From the IMG/VR virus record IMGVR_UViG_3300047352_000567: a DNA stretch of 26,850 nucleotides; one strand, written 5' to 3'. The notes beneath the pieces were generated by a model. The model had not been told where the DNA came from. It searched no databases and was given only the letters and a program-made list of their open reading frames with translations. Of this stretch, positions 1 through 8,874 are shown piece by piece (the stretch's first letter is position 1; each line of letters starts with the position of its first letter). This stretch comes from an uncultured virus (IMG/VR IMGVR_UViG_3300047352_000567). Lineage: Duplodnaviria; Heunggongvirae; Uroviricota; Caudoviricetes. The position numbers were made by a program, and so were the translations under genes.

Positions 1-2
1 AA

Positions 3-698
3 CGCATATGTTCTATCGCTACTGGTGTACCCTTTTCACGACTTCGGACAAAGAATCTGAGCGTGACAGAGTGGCAGCTAGTAGCAGGCTGGTGGGCCAA
101 TAGGTTTCAGCAAGGCCAAGATAAATTGATGGAGTACAACGAACACCGTGACTTTGAGAAATTTCATCATAATTTAACAACAAACTGTGAGCTTCTCCCG
201 ACTCAACAGGTTGATGTGATTTATGATCCAGCTTTGACTCTTGCAAAAATCAAAGCAGAAATGGACAAAAAAGTGAAGTCTCTTAATGTTGCGGTTGTTC
301 TTGTTGACTATATCAATCAGGTCAAACGCTCTGCAGTACCTTCCCGCATGGGACAATACGATTGGACTGAGCAGATAGAGGTGAGCAAAGCCCTCAAATC
401 TATGGCGCAAGAGTACGAATGTACTGTTGTGACTCCATATCAAACTGACGCAAGCGGTGAAGCGCGTTTTGCAAAAGGTATACTTGATGCAGCGGATGCT
501 GCTTATGCTCTTGAAACTTATGACCAAGAGGATGCAGCCATCACGTTCAACTGTACTAAAATGCGTTCTGCCGCTATGCGTTCTTTTACTTCTACTGTCG
601 ATTGGGAAACAATGAAAATTGGTCCAGACTCTGCAATGACTCCTTCTGAACGAGAACAGTCTGAGCATAAAACTGGCGAAGACATTGACGATCTGTAA
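3..698 (+). CDS. dnaB: DnaB-like replicative DNA helicase, C-terminal part (5' truncated by window edge)
   Basis: Frame is open from position 3 (RICSIATGVPFSRLRTKNL...). Walker B-like VLVDYINQV, EVSKALKSMAQE, TPYQ, GILDAAD and KMR arginine finger. Lies upstream of primase and pol as in T5. Confidence 0.85.
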   Translation, partial: RICSIATGVPFSRLRTKNLSVTEWQLVAGWWANRFQQGQDKLMEYNEHRDFEKFHHNLTTNCELLPTQQVDVIYDPALTLAKIKAEMDKKVKSLNVAVVLVDYINQVKRSAVPSRMGQYDWTEQIEVSKALKSMAQEYECTVVTPYQTDASGEARFAKGILDAADAAYALETYDQEDAAITFNCTKMRSAAMRSFTSTVDWETMKIGPDSAMTPSEREQSEHKTGEDIDDL

Positions 699-699
699 C

Positions 700-747
700 A
701 AAAATATTTCTTGACATTTTTGTTGAAAGCCTGTATAATATACGTTC
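700..747 (+). promoter_or_regulatory. sigma70-type early promoter P1
   Basis: TTGACA 711-716, 17-nt spacer, TATAAT 734-739, A-rich UP-like element 700-706. Intergenic. Confidence 0.92.
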
Positions 748-765
748 ACATTTCGGAGAATTGTA

Positions 766-1071
766 TTGATTATACACGGCAGCATGAATCATACCTATTC
801 TGGTAGACGTAAGAACAAATTGAAAACAAGGAAGAAAAAACAAGCAGAGTTTGTGCCTCTCAGTAGAGAGAAGCACTCGTTTTCGCCTGCGTGGTGGGAA
901 GAGAAGAAAAAAGAAATGAAGTCTACTCCATTTCTTCCCTTTGAGCCAAAGCAGCTTGACGATACTTCATACAGAGAAGAAGTAAGTAAAAAGTATACTG
1001 TAAGTATTCCATACAACAAAGGTGCATACCAAGTTGTTCCAAATGACGAAATAAAAAATATTGGTAAATAA
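766..1071 (+). CDS. Hypothetical basic phage protein (101 aa)
   Basis: TTG start with GGAGAA RBS at 755-760, directly after P1. Lys/Arg-rich N-half. C-terminal YTVSIPYNKGAYQVVP motif resembles small conserved marine-phage proteins (recalled). Confidence 0.7.
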   Translation: MIIHGSMNHTYSGRRKNKLKTRKKKQAEFVPLSREKHSFSPAWWEEKKKEMKSTPFLPFEPKQLDDTSYREEVSKKYTVSIPYNKGAYQVVPNDEIKNIGK

Positions 1072-1072
1072 T

Positions 1073-1321
1073 ATGATGACACTAAACAAAACTCTGATAG
1101 TAACAATGGAGGAGTGTGGTGAGCTTACTCGTGCCTGTGCTAAAGTAGTACGTCATGGCATGGATGAGGATCGTAAGTATCGAAACAATCTCATGGAAGA
1201 GCTAGCGGATGTACAAGCAATGATACATTTAGTTGTAAGTGCTGCTAGTTTTAGTCCTGATTATATAGAAAAACTAGTTGATAAGAGACTAGAAAAAATG
1301 GTAAACCCTCACTACGAATGA
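1073..1321 (+). CDS. mazG: MazG-like all-alpha nucleotide pyrophosphohydrolase (single domain)
   Basis: EECGEL...EELADV metal-binding acidic motif (ExxE...ExxD). Probable start is ATG 1073 or 1076, just after the upstream stop. ATGA overlap with primase. Confidence 0.8.
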   Translation: MMTLNKTLIVTMEECGELTRACAKVVRHGMDEDRKYRNNLMEELADVQAMIHLVVSAASFSPDYIEKLVDKRLEKMVNPHYE

Positions 1322-2145
1322 ACGTACAAGAACTACTAGAGCAAAAATCGGTACACTTTATACAGAAGGGAAAAGACTATGTAGTTAGATGTCTTAACCC
1401 TGAACACGAAGACCGCAATCCAAGTATGAGAATCGACCAGATTGATGGTCGGTTCAACTGCTTTTCGTGTGGATATAAGGGTAGTATTTTTGTTCATTTC
1501 GGTGAAAAAGCATCTATGATGCAAATGAAGCGAGAAGTAGTAAAAAGAAAAATACAGGAAAAGCGTGCAGAAAATATCGGACTTACTTTCCCAGCTAACT
1601 ATATGCCTTATGTTGGAAATTGGCGTAATATTTCACCCAAAACATATAAAAGGTTTGAAGCTTTCGAGCACACAGGAAGAGACTACATTAGTAGAATAAA
1701 CTTTCCTATTCGAGATATATCTGGAAAGATAGTAGCTTTTCAAGGTAGACACACTGCAGGTGGGGAGCCTAAGTATAAATTTACTCCTCCTGGTGCAAAG
1801 CTGCCGCTCTTTCCACAGGTATCTCCCAAGCTAGGAGAGATTATCCTTGTTGAAGGTATTTATGATGTAATAAATTTACATGATAAAGGTCTTAAAAATG
1901 CAATGTGCTGTTTTGGCACAAATAATATAAATGAAGATAAGCTACGTATGCTGCAAATGCAGGGAATCAGTAGAGTAGCTGTCTTTCTTGATGGAGATGA
2001 GGCAGGCCAAAAAGGTGCCACAAATATACAGGTTATGTGCGAGAAAGTTGGTCTCATAGCCAGGAATGTCTATCTCAAAGACTTAGACCCTGGTGCACTT
2101 ACCGAAACCCAAGTTAGAAAACTGGAGAATAAATTATATGCCTAA
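1318..2145 (+). CDS. dnaG: DNA primase (CHC2 zinc finger + TOPRIM)
   Basis: CLNPEHEDRNPS...CFSC zinc finger. TOPRIM motifs LVEGIYD and DGDEAG. Confidence 0.93.
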   Translation: MNVQELLEQKSVHFIQKGKDYVVRCLNPEHEDRNPSMRIDQIDGRFNCFSCGYKGSIFVHFGEKASMMQMKREVVKRKIQEKRAENIGLTFPANYMPYVGNWRNISPKTYKRFEAFEHTGRDYISRINFPIRDISGKIVAFQGRHTAGGEPKYKFTPPGAKLPLFPQVSPKLGEIILVEGIYDVINLHDKGLKNAMCCFGTNNINEDKLRMLQMQGISRVAVFLDGDEAGQKGATNIQVMCEKVGLIARNVYLKDLDPGALTETQVRKLENKLYA

Positions 2146-4423
2146 AGTTGCATTAGTAGAAACAAAACCTAGCCGCACAGACTTTACTCGTGAGTTTGAT
2201 GGGGCTTTTGACTTTGATCAGTATCAACTTTGTTCTGATCCTACACTTAAAAAAGTTCTAAAACGAGATTGCGATATTTCAATTGACACCGATGAGTATG
2301 ACTGGGTTGTACTCGTCGGAAGTGATGCTCTAAAATACTTTACAAAAATAAACTCAGTTACAGAGTACTCTGGCAAAAAAGTGGAGGAAAAGTTCCTGCC
2401 TGTTATAAATCCTGCGATGCTTGCATTTAAGCCAGAAGCACGCAAGACCTGGGAAGACTCCAAGAAAAATATTATTGCCTACATCAATGGTGAGATAGAG
2501 GATGTTGTTATTGATGAAAGCATTGCTATGGGCACCCAGGATACTCAAGTAGCAAAAGAGTGGATTCGAGGAGCGCTAGCACATAGTGGTGACTATATTG
2601 CTCTTGACTCAGAAACAAACGGCCTGTACCCTCGAAATGGACATATGATCGGTATTTCTATGTCCTATAACGGAAAAAACGGTATCTATATTGATACTGA
2701 GTGTTTTGATGATGAAATAGAAAAGATGCTACATGAGCTTTTTCTAAAACGCAGAGTAATCTTCCACAACGCTAAGTTTGATATGGCATTTTTTCAGTAT
2801 CATTTTGGATTTGAGTTTCCTCGGTTTGAAGATACCATGTTGCTCCATTACCTCATAGACGAGAATCCTGGAGGACATGGCCTTAAACAGCTCTCCCTAA
2901 AGTTTACTGCATTTGGTGATTATGAAAAACCAATGTATGATTGGATTCAAGACTACAAAAGAGCAAACGGACTAAACCAAGAAAGTTTTCAATGGGATAT
3001 GATTCCGTTTGACGTAATGAAAACATATGCAGCAATGGATGCAGTGTGTACTTTTCTGCTCTACCAAAAATTCAAGAAAATTAAAGAAAACCCAAAGCTT
3101 AAATGGGTATATGATAATATTCTTATTCCTGGCTGTCGTTTTCTAATTGATGCACAGGACAATGGAGTGCCGTTTGATCGCCAACGACTACTTATCTCTC
3201 AGGGATTGATGCAGGATGATATTGATGAAGCTATCCAATCTTTGTATGACGTACCTGAAATAAAAAGATTTGAAGAAGCACAGGGCAAACAGTTTAACCC
3301 TAACAGCACTGTACAGCTGCGTTCTCTTTTGTTTGATTATATAGGTCTCAAGCCTACCGGCAAAAAGACGGGAACAGGAGCAAACTCTACAGATGCAGAA
3401 GTACTACAACAGCTTGGAGAAGTACATGAAGTTCCAAAACACATACTTAGCATCCGACAAAAGTCAAAGATCAAAAATACATATCTTGATAAAATCATTC
3501 CGCAGCTTGATAGAGATTCTCGCCTTCGGACTAATTTCAATCTTCATGGCACTACTAGTGGCCGACTTAGTAGTTCTGGCAAGCTAAATATGCAGCAGCT
3601 GCCTCGCGACAATCCAATTGTAAAAGGATGTATCAAAGCAGCGCCTGGCAATAAAATTGTTGCAATGGACTTAACTACCGCAGAAGTATATGTTGCAGCA
3701 AAACTTGCAGATGATGAAGCACTTATGGATGTATTCCGCAGCGGCGGAAACTTTCATAGTACGATTGCTAAAACAGTCTTCAAGCTACCTTGCGATGTAG
3801 AAGATGTTGCCGAGCTTTACGGAACTCAAAGACAAGCTGCAAAAGCAGTAACATTCGGTATTATGTATGGGGCTGGTCCTTCAAAGATTAGTCAACAAGT
3901 TACAAAAGACTCAGGAAAATTATTCAGGGTATCAGAAGCTAAAGAAGTTATTGATGATTATTTCGGCTCTTTTCACCGTCTTAAAAAGTGGCTGGAGACA
4001 AATCAAAAGTTTATTGAACAGAATGGATTCGTTTATTCGTTTTTTGGACGGAAACGACGACTTCCAAACGTATTATCTGAAGATGCTGCTATTCGTAGTC
4101 ATAGTATTCGGTCTGGGCTTAATTTTTTGGTACAATCGCCTGCTTCAGATATTAATCTTCTAGGTGCAATTGATATGAATGACTATATACGAGTAGAAAA
4201 GATGAAATCTCGTATCTTTGCACTTGTGCATGACTCAATACTTGCAGAAGTTCCAGACGAAGAAGTTGAACAGTACAGTAGAGCCCTCAAAATGTTTATT
4301 CAACTCGATCGCGGTGTATCTATACCAGGCGCTCCTGTTGGCTGTGATTTTGATGTACATGAAGATTACTCCTTGGGTAAATTTGAGAAGATGTATGGTC
4401 ATAACCTGGAAACAGCTCAGTAA
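2138..4423 (+). CDS. polA: Family A DNA polymerase, T5-type, with 3'-5' exonuclease and N-terminal UDG-like domain
   Basis: Start ATG 2138 (GGAG at 2124-2127). ExoI DSETNG, ExoII FHNAKFD, ExoIII YAAMD. TTSGRLSS, motif A MDLTTAE, motif B RQAAKAVTFGIMYG, motif C VHDS (T5-like). Confidence 0.96.
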   Translation: MPKVALVETKPSRTDFTREFDGAFDFDQYQLCSDPTLKKVLKRDCDISIDTDEYDWVVLVGSDALKYFTKINSVTEYSGKKVEEKFLPVINPAMLAFKPEARKTWEDSKKNIIAYINGEIEDVVIDESIAMGTQDTQVAKEWIRGALAHSGDYIALDSETNGLYPRNGHMIGISMSYNGKNGIYIDTECFDDEIEKMLHELFLKRRVIFHNAKFDMAFFQYHFGFEFPRFEDTMLLHYLIDENPGGHGLKQLSLKFTAFGDYEKPMYDWIQDYKRANGLNQESFQWDMIPFDVMKTYAAMDAVCTFLLYQKFKKIKENPKLKWVYDNILIPGCRFLIDAQDNGVPFDRQRLLISQGLMQDDIDEAIQSLYDVPEIKRFEEAQGKQFNPNSTVQLRSLLFDYIGLKPTGKKTGTGANSTDAEVLQQLGEVHEVPKHILSIRQKSKIKNTYLDKIIPQLDRDSRLRTNFNLHGTTSGRLSSSGKLNMQQLPRDNPIVKGCIKAAPGNKIVAMDLTTAEVYVAAKLADDEALMDVFRSGGNFHSTIAKTVFKLPCDVEDVAELYGTQRQAAKAVTFGIMYGAGPSKISQQVTKDSGKLFRVSEAKEVIDDYFGSFHRLKKWLETNQKFIEQNGFVYSFFGRKRRLPNVLSEDAAIRSHSIRSGLNFLVQSPASDINLLGAIDMNDYIRVEKMKSRIFALVHDSILAEVPDEEVEQYSRALKMFIQLDRGVSIPGAPVGCDFDVHEDYSLGKFEKMYGHNLETAQ

Positions 4424-4892
4424 TATACAGTTTCCTGTATTTGCTCTTCCCTCTTCAAATTGGGAGGAGCAAGACAGGTTATTATATGTTGATAACCAAA
4501 TAGTGGACGATAAAAATATGCCAGGAAAAACTCTTGGCATGAGACGTTTACAGACTCCAGTAAAAGAGTTGTATCCCTTGCGCGGATCTATCGCAGCTCC
4601 TATATCTCTAATTCGCCAAACTAGAATCAAAACTTTCATAGATAATGTCGGAACTCCATTTATCTATGAAAAAACAACATCGAGTTCCTTAAAATATTAC
4701 AAAATAAGAAAGATAGAATTAAAAGATGTCGCTTCTGTTTTGTGGTTAAATGGAGTATCGTTTCCTTTTAAAGTTCCTCGCCCCCCTAAAGACGGCCTTA
4801 GCTGGGCAGGAGTTTTACATGTAAAAGAAATTCCTTGGTTACTGTATGAGTACTCAGAAACTAAAAAAGCTGACACTCGAAGAAAAGTATAA
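4395..4892 (+). CDS. Conserved T5-like hypothetical protein (downstream of pol)
   Basis: ATG 4395 overlaps the pol end. FPVFAL...DDKNMPG..LGMRRL...LYPLRG...FID resembles the recalled T5 ORF between pol and D10. The ORF-track start at 4218 overlaps pol too far. Confidence 0.75.
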   Translation: MVITWKQLSNIQFPVFALPSSNWEEQDRLLYVDNQIVDDKNMPGKTLGMRRLQTPVKELYPLRGSIAAPISLIRQTRIKTFIDNVGTPFIYEKTTSSSLKYYKIRKIELKDVASVLWLNGVSFPFKVPRPPKDGLSWAGVLHVKEIPWLLYEYSETKKADTRRKV

Positions 4893-4896
4893 ATTT

Positions 4897-5559
4897 ATGG
4901 CAAACAGAAAAAATAAAACACTAAATTCTTCTGGACTGACTCTACACGATATAGAGCCTTTAACACGAAATCAAGTTCTAGCCTTTGAAAGCGAAAAAAA
5001 CATGATTCTTCACGGTGTAGCGGGTACAGGAAAAACATTTATCTCTTGCTATCTTGCATTTGATGATATGATAAAAAATTTGTATAAACAGCTTATTATC
5101 ATAAGAAGTGCGGTTCCAACTCGAGATATTGGTTTTTTACCTGGAAGTGAAAAAGAAAAAGCCTCTGTATATGAAGAGCCCTACAAGGATATTGCAGTAG
5201 AACTATTCCAGCGGGGAGATGCCTATGAGATACTAAAAACAAAAGCACTAGTACACTTTATGACTACATCATATTTAAGAGGAGTTACTCTTAAAGACGC
5301 AGTTATAATTGTAGATGAGTGTCAGAATATGTCGTTTCATGAGCTAGATTCTATAGTAACTCGGGTCGGAGAAAACTGTAGAATTATTTTCTGCGGTGAC
5401 TTTCGACAAGCAGATCTACAGAAAAACGGCTTGCAAGAATTTATACGAATACTCAAAGCTATGGATCAATTTGATTTAATAGATTTTGAGATAAAGGACA
5501 TTGTACGCAGTAACTTTGTAAGAGATTACATTACTGCGAAAACGGATCTTGGTCTGTGA
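4897..5559 (+). CDS. phoH: PhoH-like ATPase
   Basis: Walker A GVAGTGKT, RDIGFLPG, YLRGVTL, IVDECQN, GDFRQADL, DIVRS. ATG at 4897. Confidence 0.93.
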   Translation: MANRKNKTLNSSGLTLHDIEPLTRNQVLAFESEKNMILHGVAGTGKTFISCYLAFDDMIKNLYKQLIIIRSAVPTRDIGFLPGSEKEKASVYEEPYKDIAVELFQRGDAYEILKTKALVHFMTTSYLRGVTLKDAVIIVDECQNMSFHELDSIVTRVGENCRIIFCGDFRQADLQKNGLQEFIRILKAMDQFDLIDFEIKDIVRSNFVRDYITAKTDLGL

Positions 5560-6839
5560 AGGCAGTAATAAGTAATAGAGTATATCTAGAAGTAACGGAC
5601 GAGTATAAGGACTTTCTCAGCAAAGAACTAACGTATACAATTCCGTCTTACAACCCCAAAGACCCGCCTCTTGTAATAAAAAATATGTCACGAATAAAAT
5701 CTGGCTTGGTTAGCATTCCTGTGGGTAGAGTTGACCTAATTCCGAAAGACTATGAGATTGTAGACAAAAGAGAGGTTATAAAAGCAGACTTTCCAGATTT
5801 TAAGTTTGAATTACGAGAAAGCCAAAAAGCAGTCTATGATGATTTGAATGATAATGCTATAATAAACGCTTGGGTCAGCTGGGGCAAGACTTTTACGGGT
5901 CTTGCAATAGCAGGCAAACTAGGTCTAAAAACACTTGTGGTTACCCACACAGTTCCTTTGCGTAATCAGTGGGCAAAGGAGGTAGAGAAAGTCTATGGAA
6001 TTAAACCAAGTATTATTGGAAGCGGTAGCTTTGATACTTCTGGTCCTGTGGTTATTGGCAATACTCAAACTCTTTATCGTAATATACCAGAAATACGTCG
6101 AGTATTTGGGACAGTTATCTTGGATGAGATGCACCATGTCTCGTCTCCGACGTTTTCTAAAATTATAGATACAAACTATGCGCGATATAAGATAGGCTTA
6201 TCAGGGACTATAGAAAGAAAAGATGGAAAGCATGTAGTCTTTCGAGACTATTTTGGTCATAACGTATTCAAACCACCAAAAGAAAACTTTATGCCTCCAA
6301 GTGTTCATATTTTGAACTCAGAGATAAGATTTATGGATGGGGCCAGAATACCTTGGGCTAATAGAGTCACTGCTTTAGCTAATAATGAAGAATACCGCCA
6401 CACCATTGCTTTGACTGCTGCGGCCTACGCAGCAAAAGGTCATAAGGTACTGGTAGTAAGCGATAGAGTGCATTTCTTGAAAGCTTGCGCCGAACTGGCT
6501 GGAGAGGATGCAATATGTGTTACGGGCGAGGTTTCGCATGAAGATAGAGAAACGTACATATCCGAAATCAGGAGTGGAAAAAAGAAAATTCTATTTGGTA
6601 CGCAAGCTATCTTCTCTGAAGGAATCTCAGTAAATAACTTAAGTTGTCTTATTCTTGGTACACCTATCAATAATGAGCCTCTCCTCACACAACTTATTGG
6701 ACGAGTAATACGAAAAGAGGAGAATAAGAGAGACCCCGTGATTGTAGATATACATCTAAAAGGAAACACTGCCAGAAAGCAGGCTTCCAATCGCATGGGT
6801 CATTACATGAAACAGGGCTATGCAATTAAACAACTGTAA
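5556..6839 (+). CDS. D10: SF2 DNA helicase, T5 D10 / UvsW-like
   Basis: LRESQ Q-motif, WGKT Walker A, DEMH, SGT motif III, SEGIS, QLIGRVIR motif VI. GTG start overlaps the phoH stop. Confidence 0.92.
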   Translation: MKAVISNRVYLEVTDEYKDFLSKELTYTIPSYNPKDPPLVIKNMSRIKSGLVSIPVGRVDLIPKDYEIVDKREVIKADFPDFKFELRESQKAVYDDLNDNAIINAWVSWGKTFTGLAIAGKLGLKTLVVTHTVPLRNQWAKEVEKVYGIKPSIIGSGSFDTSGPVVIGNTQTLYRNIPEIRRVFGTVILDEMHHVSSPTFSKIIDTNYARYKIGLSGTIERKDGKHVVFRDYFGHNVFKPPKENFMPPSVHILNSEIRFMDGARIPWANRVTALANNEEYRHTIALTAAAYAAKGHKVLVVSDRVHFLKACAELAGEDAICVTGEVSHEDRETYISEIRSGKKKILFGTQAIFSEGISVNNLSCLILGTPINNEPLLTQLIGRVIRKEENKRDPVIVDIHLKGNTARKQASNRMGHYMKQGYAIKQL

Positions 6840-6887
6840 AAAAATAGTTCTTGACATTTATGGTATTTTTTAGTATAATATATGTTC
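6840..6887 (+). promoter_or_regulatory. sigma70-type early promoter P2
   Basis: TTGACA 6851-6856, 17-nt spacer, TATAAT 6874-6879, A-tract upstream. Flanks match P1. Confidence 0.9.
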
Positions 6888-7289
6888 TTTTATGACTGGC
6901 CGAAAATCTATGACGCATCGCAAGGTAGCGTGATAGAAATTGTACGAATTTTTAGGATGATTGTTGAGAAACAAATTCCTAAAAACAAGTATGATCCTAT
7001 CTATAGATATTCGCAGAAAAACTTTTCTGGGATTAGTTTCATGCTACATCCTGACGTTCTTCTATACCATTCATTTAAGTATAAGTACCGTGAAATTGCA
7101 CAGTACATAAGTTTGTGCGCTCTGCGTTCATCAGCGGATTTTATCTCGACACAAGACCCGTCTCTTGATGTAATTTTGTTGCCGGGATTAGATCCAGAAA
7201 AAATTATAGAAAACAATAGGCTACTCATAATAGATGAAGATAAAGTTTATTTTCGATATGAAGAAGTCAATCCAAAGGAGATACATTAA
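6882..7289 (+). CDS. Conserved T5-like hypothetical protein (between D10 and D11)
   Basis: FFYDWPKIY...SFML...IAQYISLCALRS...DPSLD...N.L resembles the recalled T5 ORF at this position. Confidence 0.75.
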   Translation: MFFYDWPKIYDASQGSVIEIVRIFRMIVEKQIPKNKYDPIYRYSQKNFSGISFMLHPDVLLYHSFKYKYREIAQYISLCALRSSADFISTQDPSLDVILLPGLDPEKIIENNRLLIIDEDKVYFRYEEVNPKEIH

Positions 7290-7291
7290 CA

Positions 7292-7918
7292 ATGGCTATT
7301 AAATTCAACCAGCACAAAGGTGCTGCACAAAAATCAAATATCACTTCTTTTCAGTATACAGATGGTGATAACAAGTTTCGATTAGTAGGCGATATTCTTG
7401 CTCGCTATGTATACTGGATTAAGGGCGAGAATGACAAAAACATTCCCCTGGAGTGTTTGTCTTTTGATCGTAATAAAGAGTCTTTTAACAACATGGAAAA
7501 AGACTGGGTTCGTGAGTATTATCCTGACCTAAAGTGTGGCTGGAGCTATGCAACTCAATGTATTGATAATGGTCAAGTCAAGGTTGTAAACCTCAAGAAA
7601 AAGCTGTGGGAACAGATTATTACTGCCGCAGAAGATTTAGGAGATCCAACAGATCCCGAAACAGGCTGGGATGTACAGTTTAAGCGAGTAAAAACGGGCC
7701 CTCTGCCTTATAACGTAGAGTATCAGCTACAGGCTCTTAAGTGCAAATCGCGTGCTCTAGGCGAAGATGAGCTTGCTTTGATTGCAGATCTCAAATCTAT
7801 GGATGAAGTTATGCCTCGTCCAACGCCAGATGCCCAGAAAGAGCTACTAGATCGTGTTCGTGAAAGTGCGGGCGATGAAATTGATGAGACTATTGAAGAC
7901 GAGTTTAAAATTGCATGA
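7292..7918 (+). CDS. D11: Single-stranded DNA-binding protein, T5 D11-like
   Basis: RLVGDILARYVYW, LKKKL, DPTDPETGWDV.F.R.KTGP..NVEY and an acidic C-tail. AAGGAG RBS. Synteny. Confidence 0.85.
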   Translation: MAIKFNQHKGAAQKSNITSFQYTDGDNKFRLVGDILARYVYWIKGENDKNIPLECLSFDRNKESFNNMEKDWVREYYPDLKCGWSYATQCIDNGQVKVVNLKKKLWEQIITAAEDLGDPTDPETGWDVQFKRVKTGPLPYNVEYQLQALKCKSRALGEDELALIADLKSMDEVMPRPTPDAQKELLDRVRESAGDEIDETIEDEFKIA

Positions 7919-8874
7919 TTTTATTTACTGCTGACTGGCACATTAAACTGGGACAAAAGAATGTCCCAGTTGAGTGGGCAACCAAAAGATATAACGAATT
8001 TTTTGACCAAGTGCATCAACAATCAGAGAGTTGTGACATGCACATCATTGGAGGAGATTTGTTTGATCGCATACCTACAATGGAGGAGCTTTCTCTATAC
8101 TTTTCTTTTATACGAAAGGTAAAGAAGCCCACTCTAGTATATGACGGTAACCATGAAGCAACTCGTAAGAATAGAACATTTTTTTCACAACTTAAACAAG
8201 CATCAAGAGATATCAACCCATTAGTAAATGTGGTTGATATCTCTTATGTTGATGAAGATTTAGGTTTTGGTGTACTGCCCTATGCCGATTTACACAGAAA
8301 AGACAGCATAGAGCATTTTAGTACAGAACAACCTCTATTCACTCATGTGAGGGGCGAAATACCTCCTCATGTAAAACCAGAGGTAGATCTAGATCGTTTT
8401 GCTGATTTTCCTGTAGTGTTTGCAGGAGATTTACACGCACATAGTAACACACAAAGAAATATTGTATATCCAGGTAGTCCAATGACCACTTCTTTTCATA
8501 GACAAGAGGTTGAAACAGGCTACCTTCTTATCAATCCCAAAGATTGGTCGTGGGACTGGTGGCCTTTTACTCTGCCTCAGTTACTAAGAAAAACAGTAAC
8601 TAATCCAGCAGATATGATACCCACTAATTATCATCACACAATCTATGAAATAGAAGGAGATATACAAGAGCTAGCTTCAGTAGAAAACACAGAGTTACTT
8701 GACAAGAAAGTTGTAAAAAGAAATTCTGAAGCATCCTTAATTATTGAAAAGGATATGACTTTAGACGAAGAGCTGGTAGAGTACCTAAAATATATTTTAG
8801 AGCTTCCAGAAGATAAAATAAGTAATATTTTGGGGACATATAATGATTACGCTCAAAAAGCTCAAGTGGAGTAA
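7915..8874 (+). CDS. D12: Mre11/SbcD-like metallophosphoesterase nuclease (T5 D12)
   Basis: ADWH, GGDLFD, GNHE, THV, GDLH, YPGSP phosphoesterase motifs. Confidence 0.92.
   Translation: MILFTADWHIKLGQKNVPVEWATKRYNEFFDQVHQQSESCDMHIIGGDLFDRIPTMEELSLYFSFIRKVKKPTLVYDGNHEATRKNRTFFSQLKQASRDINPLVNVVDISYVDEDLGFGVLPYADLHRKDSIEHFSTEQPLFTHVRGEIPPHVKPEVDLDRFADFPVVFAGDLHAHSNTQRNIVYPGSPMTTSFHRQEVETGYLLINPKDWSWDWWPFTLPQLLRKTVTNPADMIPTNYHHTIYEIEGDIQELASVENTELLDKKVVKRNSEASLIIEKDMTLDEELVEYLKYILELPEDKISNILGTYNDYAQKAQVE

Noticed and set aside
174..785. 203-aa antisense ORF, and the many other antisense or alternate-frame ORFs over recognised genes (e.g. 795-1106, 4235-4639, 6440-6796, 14091-14570)
   Set aside because: Shadow ORFs of well-supported genes, with no RBS, motif or operon context.
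2093..4896. ORF-track starts at 2093, 4218 and 4846 (also 1061 and 26413)
   Set aside because: RBS position, overlap and homology favour 2138, 4395, 4897 and 1073/1076. The 26413 ORF is open to the window edge.
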